Shown: positions 27,436 to 39,400 of the stretch, piece by piece | Layout: each line of letters starts with the position of its first letter | How positions within the stretch are numbered: position 1 is the stretch's first letter | From: Balanoglossus misakiensis | Lineage: Eukaryota > Animalia > Hemichordata | NCBI GenBank assembly: GCA_040954595.2 | Contig: CM082583.2 | Location: forward strand, 11,694,636-11,758,635 | Length of the DNA: 64,000 nucleotides | Direction of reading: 5' to 3' | Made by a program: the position numbers and the translations under genes | Notes under the pieces: generated by a model | The model's input: the letters and a program-made list of their open reading frames with translations, nothing else | Databases searched by the model: none | Told to the model about the DNA's origin: nothing

Positions 27436-30400
27436 CTATAATTGTAATTCTCCACAATCACCAAAGATTTTCCGACACCAATAGACAGCATCACTTGGGG
27501 GTTTATCATCTTCCTGCAACTTTTCCACTTGTTTCGGTCCCCAGTATTCCTCTGTCAGACGCTCAAATGCAACTTCATATTCTCTATCAAAAGCATCTGT
27601 TGAAATAAATAAATAAATTTAAAATAAAAAGATGTTTGAAGATCTTCTCCAGTAATTGAATTTATCTTTAATTAAGTATTGGCAACTTGATGTCTTTCAA
27701 GCAATCTAAGCTGTATCAACTTCCAAACGAATCATGATGACGCTCTTATCAGACCGACAACTTGCTAACCACTCACCGATATCAATGTTTTCTCGTCCAC
27801 AAGCTGCAAGTGCCAAGTAAAGAAGGTCTCTGTATATACTGAAATGTTGTCTCTGACTTGGCCGTTTTCTGTAGCGTTCTACCATCCATCGGATTGGTGC
27901 AATAACATCATTACATTGAATACTCTGAACAACAGACTCCATAAACCTGAAAAGTCAAACAACATAAGAAGGTTTCAGGAAAATGTGCCCATGATATCTG
28001 TGGCTAGATTTATAGAGGTAACAGTATACTTTTGGACATATTGTATTGTAACATATGTTAGAAAATAAAGAGTCCAAAGGATAGGATACTCACTGCCTGG
28101 TGAATGTCTGTTGTTCTGTAACCAGTGCGTGCACCAAAGGAGAGCCTTGATAAATAGCATTCCACATCATGTACATAGGTTGGCCAAATTCCTCCTGGGA
28201 TTTCATATTGTTCCACATCACATGAACTAAGACATGGCGACTGTCACGGGATAACCACTGACTGTTCGTCTGGAACAGATAAAAGTATGTAAGAGTCAGA
28301 CCACAACACATGAAAGGGTGAAGTCGTTATCTATGGCGATGATTTTGGATATTTTGTGATTTCTCTGCCAATTGTTGCTCACAGGTTCAAGGTCTGGGCA
28401 AGTGAGATTACAATGTTCGGTTTCAGTACTTGTCTTACCGTTGTGTTGTCTTTGTTAATACTATTGGCCGATAGGATGAGTCCTGGCAGATTGTTTGGAA
28501 GGTCTAGTCTCTTGAACAACCACACCTGAAATACACAACATTTCATCAGTTTACAATTACAAAACCAACAGCTGTTCCTTGTTCTTAGTTCTCATACACT
28601 TCAATTCACCTCCCTGTGTGGAGCACCTTCATGGTACAGTGTGTACATGCATTCCAATGAAGTATTTTCAGATGAACATCAGTGACAACACCAGATATCA
28701 ATCAATCTATGACATCATCACTTACCAAGTTCCAGAATATGATGGGGTGTTCATCCACAAAATCTGGCATTAGTAGACAATGTTCCCCTTCATGGTCAAT
28801 GACGTTCTCCATTTCTTTCCGAAGTACCAATGGACTAAGGTAGGGCACGGATACAGGGTCTGGATTGCGACATTTCCGAGTAGGAGGCAGATATTCCCGC
28901 GATCCTTGTATGCTGGATGAAAAACTGGATGAAAGAATCTCTTCATCTGGTGCTGCGCCGAATTCATATGGTGGGGTACTGGTGATGACAGAGATAATGA
29001 ACAAGTTAGAAGAGGCAGATCAATTTATACATCACTGAAACTATCAAAAATCCTATCAACAGGCAGAGAAAGAGAGAGAGAGATTTCTCAACTGACCTGT
29101 ATCTATTTTTCTTTTCTTCGAGTCTTTTGGGTTCAGTGGTTGATGTGAGGCATTCACTTGTACATCGCCTCCTGGCATCCACACCCGATCGTTTGATCAT
29201 CCTTGGTTCCGACTTGGAATGGGTGGCGCCATCTGTTTGTTCATCCTCCATGTGCAGGTCTCCAGGACTACTGACGTTTCGCACGTACTTCAGTTGCCGC
29301 GGACCAGGACTTCCTCTAACCACATCACTGGCTTCACTGTTTTCCTCTGGAATCAAGTCATCAATGTCACCCACTAGGAGATTTTCCGCACTGGAGCTGT
29401 TTTGGTCCTCAGGTACCGTGGGTGGCGGATTAGCTGACTGCGATGTGTGGGCTGAATGAAGGCTTTGCATACTCTCGGATGATTGGCTGGGAGATAGAAC
29501 AGGCCGTCCCACTCCAAAGCTTCGTAAATCACGAATGGTGACGTACAAGAATGGAACGAATAATGAACCACAGAAACAACAACTGAAAAACAAAAAGAAT
29601 TTAACTATTATGATAACCTGGAACACAACCAAACATCATTCTAAATTCTATTGATGTTATTTTATTAGTTTAAAAGATTATCATAGTATCAGCTTTCGTT
29701 ATAAAGCCAGGTACATAATATTGCACCTGTGACAAGTTGCTACTTGAAAAGTCTGGGTTGTACTTACGTTGTGTTGAGGTTAGAGTCATCTGCAGACCAG
29801 CCAGCCATGATAGCTTCATCATAGAGCAATGTGTTGCACTTTGTGCATCTGCTACAACTTGACAGGTGTACTTCCATCACATAATTGAAGACACTCTGAG
29901 ATCCGGTTAATTTGCCCGTATCAGGCTGATCACCCATTGGACCATTCAAAGATGGAGTACTTCCTATTGGGTAAGAATCAATATACGTGTGTCAATTTCC
30001 ACAGAAAAGAATCTTATATAATTTCTCGTAAAATGACTGCTAAGCTGTTAAATATTCTACTAATACATTTGGAAATCATGCCGACATTTGATGCATTATT
30101 TATCATGATTCAGATTGAAAACGGCAAAGTCATCCTGTTTCAAAACCACCAACACCAAAACCGTAACCAACACCAACTAGTGATACTGCCCTGTGCCAGA
30201 GGGAAAAAGGAAAACAGAAAAAAAAGTTAGAAATCATAAAAGTTGATGTGGCAGTGTGTGTGTGTGTGTGTGTGTGTAACTGATTGAGTGAGTGAGTGTG
30301 TTTGCGTGTGTGCATTATACTGCAGGTGAGATGTTTATATGTTGCTGAAAACTATGTATAAAAACATGCATTATCAGAAAATAAATTCTAACGGAAATTC

Positions 30401-33400
30401 TATTTCTTTGTGCAAGATACAGCATGCCAGTCGAAACTAATGTGCTCTTAAAATAAAATAAAACAGAAATCAACAAAAACAATAAGCATACATGTATGCA
30501 CAATATGATACACGAAAAATATAAAATAATGTTAAACTGCTAGGTGTGGTCTCTACAAGGTAAAGCATGCTGGAATAATGGGATCTGTGCAGGCAGGGTG
30601 ATATCATGGCTAGCAGGTTATCCTCTGACTCGACTGAAGGTTTCTATCAACTACTGGAGTTGAAGAATAGAAAAGAGAGTGACTTGGAGCTTACCTGTGT
30701 AGACGCCTGGAACAGTGGAAGGTGGCAAGTCATCAAAGAGCAACTGACTGAAAAGATTTGTATCACTCTGACTGTGATGCCACATACCATGTTTGGATTC
30801 GTTCTCCTCCTTGAAAGACAACAGACTGCCAGTTTCTTCGACATCTTGCGGGATGCTCGAGGTGGAGGATTTGGCTGCTGATGACAGGGACATGGCCTTG
30901 AACTTGTTGGCCATGGCGCTGGCGGCCGTCTTCAAGGCGTCTAATCTGGAACTGGAGCCACCACCATCGTTGCCTTTCTTACTGAACGGACTGCTTCCAA
31001 ACCAGGCTGTTGTGGGTGGACTTGGCACTTGAGAGACTTGCTGGATCAATCCCTGAAGGAAATTACTACTGAAACTTCTTTGAGGGGTTTTCTCTCCAGC
31101 ATTGACATTTTTATCCGGGAACTCTTCGGGTCCTTCCGGTGGACTTCCCTGCATTATTGCCGGATTGGGCAGACTATGTGGGATGTCTTCTCCTGTGGCC
31201 TCCCATTTCGCATCTGCGTGTTCTTCAAAACTTGATGACATAATTTGAATGCTCGTTTCTTCACGGAATGGATTTTGTTTGATAGAAATAGAAGTACTTC
31301 TGGACCTCTCTGCCTCATCAGCATTTAATTCCCCTTCCCCATCACTTTCATTAGGCTCTGGGCTCTCCTCCTCTCTGCCTTTGCTGGGAGCCAAGTCATC
31401 AAACTCCTGCAGAATGATATCCAAATTGGAATCAGTTCGTTTGATGTTCTCATCCTCCTCTGCAACTGTTTCCTCGTCTTGTTTTTCACCTTTGGATTTC
31501 GTTTGGAGTTCTTTCGCTTTTATTATCTCCTCTTTCCTTTGTTTGTTTCTTTCCATCATTATTTTGGCCCTGATGGGATTCTGTCCCTCAGAATTCGATC
31601 TCCGGATAAACGACGGGGCAATATCCTCCTCATCTCCCTCGTCTCCCAAGTCGAACTTTGTCTCTTTGATAACCTTGTGAGTCCTCGTTTTGGGAGAATC
31701 CAATTTGGGATCGGAAGTCGTCAGTCCTTCAAGAATCCGAGCATCACTGGCAAATGCGCCTGCATTGATCGATCCAGGGTCACTATCCATGCTGCTCTCC
31801 TGTGTCAGACCCAGAGTAACAGTGGCGTTACTGTCTCCACTGATGTTGCGATTCCTCAACAAAATACTCGTATGCCTGATGTGGTCTCCGGCACTTTTGT
31901 GTCTTTTGCGTACTTTACTCTTGTTTGGTTCTGGCACGTCAAACACATTTTCATCCAATGAGTTCTGACTTGTGATCAGAAGCCCAGCTGCACTGCCTGT
32001 CAGTGGCAAAAAATACCATATCATTACAATCAAATACATTTGTTGAAAACTATGGACAGAAAAAAATTATTAAATGTCCAGTTCCTTCATCTGCATTAAT
32101 TCATATCATACGTGATGTCATAACCAACTGCATCATATTCATTCAAAATTATCTTACTAAAAATAATATCTTTAAATGCTAGGTATTAATAGTAACAACT
32201 TTTCTAATTTACAATCTGTTTTGTCAATATGTCTTACCTGCCACACCAGTTTTGATATGATATAAAATGATTAACACTGCCGATACCAAAATTACTGCCA
32301 TGACAACAGCAATGAATCAGATATTAACATCGACTAAACATATGCGTGTATGTTTGTATGAGCTATGACATGTAGTGAACATTACACAACTATTCCAAAC
32401 TTTAATTCACAACAATTACTATAATAGCCGTTTAACCATGTGCATGTTTTAGCACCAGACACGTGAAGTTTGATGAGATTTTTTGAAAGCTTATGATGCT
32501 GATGACTGTGGTTCTTCACACAGAATGAATTTGGAAGTGTCTGGGAAAGAGGGAAATGTTCCTTGCATGCAACATTTAGGTTGGCATCAATCCCGACTGC
32601 TCACTTTCTTTTCTCAACTATTTCTAACATTTTCTAATGGTAACTATAGATCTCTGGATGGGGGAGTTACCTCGCATCACAAGTATTTCTATCATGTTAG
32701 TGAGTTAAAGCACTTTATGATAGTCAATAAAGTTTTTGTGTTTCTTCTGTAAATCTGTTTCATGGCTTTTTTTTATTACAAATTTCTGATGGTTGCCAGG
32801 ACCCACCAGGATCTGACAAGAGAGTGGTTTAAAATCTGTGTGTGGGTGGCAATCATTATGCACTAAAAATCTAAAAAAACACCTTAAAAATAACAAATCA
32901 TGTGTGTAAACTCCTCCACAAAACTACAACCCAGATAGAAACTAAGCCATGTGTCAGTATGTTAAGACAGGCAGAAGGCCATGAGGACAAGTTTCTAGAA
33001 ATCACATACACAGAAAACATGACAATTAAACAGCTTACAATTCAAGAAGTCTTAAGCGGGATACATATTTTGTAAACAAAGTAGTCAGAAATACTTATAA
33101 GTGTTTTAATTTTCATCAGTACTTGACATTTGTGAAACAGTTTTCATTTTGTCTACAATTAACTTATCTATCTAAAGCTTTTTGACTGTCAATTTGGTCA
33201 TGTTTTCCAGTGTGGACATCAGTGGCAAAATACCATGACAACATCAACGCTCAACGCAAATGCACCACAGGTCACAAATGTTTTTTTTATAGTGACATGA
33301 AGAAATAAAATAAAGTCTGCCACAAGAACATGCATACAGAAATGGTGGGCTTAACAAGTACAATCATCTGTAAATGTAATTTAAAGAAATGCTATTATCG

Positions 33401-36400
33401 ACACGGATGCATGCAATTATGAAACTGCGGTTAACTTTGGGTTGTTTCTTCATTTCTTGTCTCGCTGCAATTTTGTTAGTTGCTTTTATATAGCGTATAC
33501 AAATGCAGCAAACGTTGTTGTTGCCATAGTACTGTTGTATCTGTCTAATCTATGGTAGACTCGTAGAGTCTAGAGTGGCTTACTTGTACTGCCACGAAGG
33601 GTTCCCATACTACTTGCGCTACCAAAGCTGCCCACTGAGTTACGTACAATACTGCTCAAACGTGGTCTCAGACCATCATGGCAGTCTATTGGCTCAAATC
33701 TCGGCGACTCTGTCTGACCATTCTCTAGAAAGATGGGCGGCATGAAAATCACATCCAGGATTATGACACATTAAATTAGATGGAAGATAAATGAACATGT
33801 GAATAGTTGAGTGCATTGATAGAAAGTTGAAACAATAAGCTGAGGGATAATGCACCATGCAAGCACTAAGCAACCAAGAGAAACCATTACAAGCATCTGA
33901 AAGCTAGCAGCGTGATTTTAAGGCATTTGGTGCATTCCCTGTCAAATTAATTTATGCACAGAAGAAACACAACACTCATGTTAGCGCTTTGTGTTAAAAT
34001 TGCTCTAATATCCTAATCTTCCTAGGGGATACTGTCAAAGATCACTAATTCTGGGAGTTGGATGGGTTTACTAGTGTTTCTGAGGAACATCTTGCCATGC
34101 ATGGTAATTTTGAACCATGTTTCCCCAGCTCCACTGTCTTACTAACAGTCCAGTGGAATATAACTTTTTGTTCCAGGGCTGTGGATAGATGCAGTGGAAA
34201 TGAAACTCCAGAGATCACTGACAGCCTGGCATGACTCAATGCATTCACAGCAGCTGCCTAAGTCAAACACTAAATCTGAAAATGTGTATATTATAGGATT
34301 TTTTCACAGATGGATTTGCACAAACACAGTGAGATGGAAAATGGTACATCTGGCAGGGGGGATATGGCTAAGAAGCAAACACACCAAGCACTGCAAAATA
34401 CACAAGTGAAAGCACATCAAACAGACACCGGCAATTTTTGGCCAGGACTTACCTTGTGCTCCGAGACTCAACTTCTTTGTTTTCTTTGTTGAATCATTCA
34501 GCGATTCCTCACTCCTGCATCGTTCTGCTGCGACTTCTGCTGCGGGCGCCGGATTGGACACCGTGGTGCTCTCACTTCGACTGCCATCATCTATAGACAT
34601 TGAACTGTACCCCATGTCACTGTGTCCACCTGGAGTTTAACACACCACACACCAATCATCCCAAAGTCACTCATCATGCTACATGTCATCATCAGAGTGT
34701 CTACTCAAAAAGTTACAGAATGAGAGGTGACAAACTAAACTTCTACAGCATTTGTAAGAATACAGTATGCAATTCAAGGCAGGTTGATACACCTGTTATC
34801 AGATATAGAAAGAGGTATCACCCCCTTTCCATCCTACCCTCCAGTATATCCACCCATGGAATCTCCCAACACATAACACTAATGATGGTGAACAACATGT
34901 TGACTGTTTTGATTGTCACGGGGAGTGCAAGTGTTGCTGACAATGACCTTTGACCTCACCTGTGCTGGACTTGTCATCTGCAGCCGTTGGCGAGTCCAAT
35001 TTAATGAGATCTGCAATGCCGTCCGTTTGGGGCTCATCGGCATAGCTGTCGCTGCTACATTGACTGAATCCATCGCCCTCCACTTTCACTTTACGCCGGA
35101 ACTGAGCAACAGCCATGATGACATTCCGTAGTTTGGTCCACAGGATGAATCCACTGGAAGTGGAGGCTGGCCATTTGCTCTCCAAGACAGCCTAAGGGCA
35201 AAACAGGATTATATTTTGAGATTCTGAACATTGAAGGACCCCTCCATCAGCTGCAAGAATGATCACAGCAAGGAACTAATTTTGTTTTGAACATTCCTTC
35301 CTTGCTATGAAAACAATGATGCCTTTTAAAAGAGCTTCATGATGTGTATATCTTGTTTCCAACTGCTTGCTGCACCATAATGCTACTAGCAGGTTCTACT
35401 AGAAATTTGCATACAAGTTAGTCTTGCTAGTCATCATATCCATATCAATATATGTGATGTATTGTCAGCGCACACAGAGTTCACTATAATCTATAGATGT
35501 CTGATGAGATACAGCTAGACTGCACTTATTATGAAAATACTCAGTGTTTTGTATTACAAGTCTACATTTTGTTTATGTCTGGTTGGCCAAGACGAAAGTA
35601 CTGTAGAACACTGTTTTATATATTGTGTCATCGAGGTCTAACAGAGTCACGCAAGGGCAATGACCTCACATGCTTCTTGTTTTATTTTAATATACATCGA
35701 TAGTGGTCCATACTGGCAAACTCTAATGGGACTTACATTGGACTACATTGTACAGAAATCCTTCACAAATAGTTTGCAGACAGAGCTTTATATTGTTAAC
35801 AGTTAAGTTGGTCAGAATGCTAAGTTGCAAATTATAGGCTCAAGCACAGTGGTTCTGACCTTGGCATTAACAACAGGCTATACTATTCAAAAGCAAGGCT
35901 TTTGTTGTTCCTGCGGAGCGTACATGCCTTGGGGGTGAACATTTATTCCCAGTTGCCGACTTTTTGAGACAAGATAATCGATTAAAGAGAAAGCAAAGGT
36001 CAGAAGTAAAGTGATGATTTATCGATGTGACAGAGACGTGCGATCAACAGTGGTTGACCTACAAACTAATATGTCACTGCAGGACTCAGTGTTAACAAGA
36101 CATGAAATACAGTCACTGGCCACAGGCATAGACAGACCATCACAGTTTTAGTCAATGGAGAACATGGCAGGTAGAGTGCAATACTAGAATTGGGGGGGGG
36201 GGGGGGGTAGCTTGTTTTTTTTCAGAATACTGTTCTATCCTAGGATTTCTTTGCATGATATTAATGGAATCTTCTGCCCCTTTAATGTTGATAAAAACCT
36301 ACCCTGTTATAAAATCCATATGTAATAGCATTTGGTTGTACTCCACATTTCTTCATTTCCATAAGTACTTTCACGGCAAGCACTGGCTGACCAAATTGAC

Positions 36401-39400
36401 CACACAACTGCATCAGAACCCGGTAACAGATCTATGCAACACAACACAAAGAAAAAAGAAAAAAAAACTAATTAGCAAAAAAAAATGTTCAAATGTTGTG
36501 ATGGCATAACATTTCAGCCGTGTGTGTTATTTCACAGGAAGACAAACATGACCTTGTAAGTTGATACAACTGGTTCACATTAAGTAATTCTCAACAAGCA
36601 AACCATGCTAGTTAGTTGAAAACACACAAACTTGTCAATGAAAACAAACACCCTGCAGGTATTGCCAACTCCAGAAGTGCCAGCAAAATACTAAATCCCT
36701 GGTGGTACCTTCTTTGACTCTCTTTCAAATCAACCAATAAGTCAATAAAAGTTGGTAACCCTATCTCTGAAGGCACACAGTATGTTCATGAACCTTCACC
36801 TCAGACAGTCCTGTCACCCAGACTGCCTTTTTTATCCATTGTACAAATATCCGTACAAAGACAAATTACTTCAGTCTACTTTCATAATATGTCTCATCAC
36901 CATGGAAACTGACCTCATCTGGGGGTTCCAGGTGACATGTGCCCATTCGTATGAGAACCTCAAACGCTGTTCGTAGCGCTTTGGTTTTGGAGTGGGTGCT
37001 TCGAACATATGCTGGCAGATGAATGAACCAGACACTGAAACAATAGCCTAGTAGACACCTAGAGAGAGAAAAAAGACAAATTATAACTCAGCACCCAAAA
37101 CTATTTAAATGCAATCAGTGTAAAATACTGTAGAATGTTTGATAACACCTTCTTTAATATCAAGAAACTGTGGTTGGATTTCAAAATCTTTCATCTGATC
37201 TTAATTTTACTGCTTTCAAACCTAATTGACAGAGGAAGTTACCACTGTGTTCTCAATATAAACATCCAATATCAAAATAAACAACATACTTGTACAACAA
37301 TCAAGAAAATCTCATCATCTATGCTTCTGTTTTTAATTACACTTCTATTGAGAAGTTATCTGACAGGGCACACATTCCAGTGGTAAACCACTCCTTACCT
37401 TTTCCCAAGACCCTAATGTATGCAAGTGAAAAAAGACCATCTACACAAGGAATATATTTATAAAGTGATGATTCTTACTTGGCCCAGAGTTTGGGATTTT
37501 TGGCATTCTTTTTGGCCATTTGTTGGGCTATCTTCATTTCTTGCTTTGTGCGTCTCACCATAGGACTGCTTGGGATACTTGTTTTACTCAATGCTTTGTA
37601 CACACTGAGACTCTGCAGTGACTGATGTTCAAAGAGCTCTTTCTTCAATTCAGGAAATGAGGTATAACTGTAACGGTAATATGAAATTGAAAAGATAAGA
37701 CCTTTGTATGTCTACACACAATTACTTTTAACATACATACTCCTTTCCAGTTCAAAAACGTTAAAGTTTATCAAGAGATCTAAATGGGATGTGATTCAGG
37801 CAAACCCCTTTGTTTCCTCTGAATAACTGTTTCCATGACAACACTGATGACCGATAACCGGGTGGTGTTCAGATGACACACACACACATCAGGGGTGTAT
37901 CCAAAACCAACAGCCACTCATTGGCAACTCCTGCCCATCCCACTATCCCAGACTCTGCCCCCCTCTATTGACATGTTAATGAGCAGACCCTTATTATAAC
38001 TGACACAGCCTTGTGACATCTCACCTCTCTGAGAGTCGGATCTCCCTGCACGAAGCCTACATGACAATCCAGCTACAAGCCGACTTTTCTCTGTTAATAT
38101 AGTAACCCTTTAGCCCTCAAACACAGCAGCATGGAGTTGCTATATCCAAGAAGGTTAACCTTATTTTATTTACTCGCTTTAACATCCGCCAGTATAGGAC
38201 TTCCAGCAGACACTCAAGATCGAGATCTCGAGTTCGACCCAGCAAGCAAAGTTAAAAATCTTGGCAATCATATCGCCGACATCAACCGGGAGACTGCGAG
38301 TGCGACGCCACAAGATGAACAGGAGCCTGTGAACACAATAGTTGACCATCAATCCACAGCAGACCAGGACAGGCAACCCTCCTTCTCCTGCAGTCCTACC
38401 TACACCATCAACGTAGAACCAACAGCATGTCAATGTGAAAGTGACAGGCAAGTGGAGCAGCTCAGGCAGCAAGTGGAATGGCTAACGACTGAAGTCAATA
38501 ATTTAAAAAACAGCAGAAACTACCACAGGCCCGGGGGGAAGCCGCCAACAGGTACAGTAGTGAGATTACTCTGAGTCTCTCAGTGGTGTGATTTACCCTC
38601 AGTTATTTTAATAGTGTGCTAAGTGGCAGAGTTGACATCCAATATCACCACCGGTGCCTAGACGCAAACCATGCAGAAAAGACCGATAATGTTGACCGGT
38701 GATTCCAACAATCGGAAATCATTCTGTGTATTTGACCTGACAATCTCAGGCCAATTGAAGCTTCACAAACTATGCTCCAGTTAACAATGGTGCACTCCAG
38801 TTGTGGCTACGCTCCATTAAAACCCTTAGTAGGAGATTCAGTGTCAAACATGCCTTATCATCATCACATTTTGCATTTGATCTGATAGCTTCTTCTCATT
38901 CTCACATCTCTAAGGTACATACAAGAACCTCTCTAAACCGTGCAAGAATTTCCTAAACAATCATTTGAAAAATTGATCTTCTAATGAATAAATCATTCTA
39001 AGTAAAATGAGAACTTCTTTTCCTTTCACTGTTGCATCCTGTGAAGGATTTTTTGGCAAGACAGATGATTACCAGATTAGTGTTCAACAATACAAGACTC
39101 TGTTCACTAAAATGTGTGAACAAAAAATGTGAGCTATGCTTCAGTGATCAACAGAGGTCGGGACACGACCCGGAAAGGTCACATCTAGCATAGACAGGTA
39201 GACGATCTGGACTAGCTGCTATAAATATCCACTCCTTTCCTCATGGCAGGACAACAGGACAAAGCAAAGTTGTCCCGGTTGTGTGATGTCATGAAAGTTT
39301 ATTACAGCACAAAAAATTCACATGCTTGGCTAGTCACCTTGCAGTCAACTAAGGAAGTTAAACACTACATAGTAAAAGTTATGTCTATACAGCACACATA

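Noticed and set aside
30793-31968. Several plus-strand ORFs of 68-160 aa
   Set aside because: Antisense shadows of the large DENND4 exon, with no recognisable domain.
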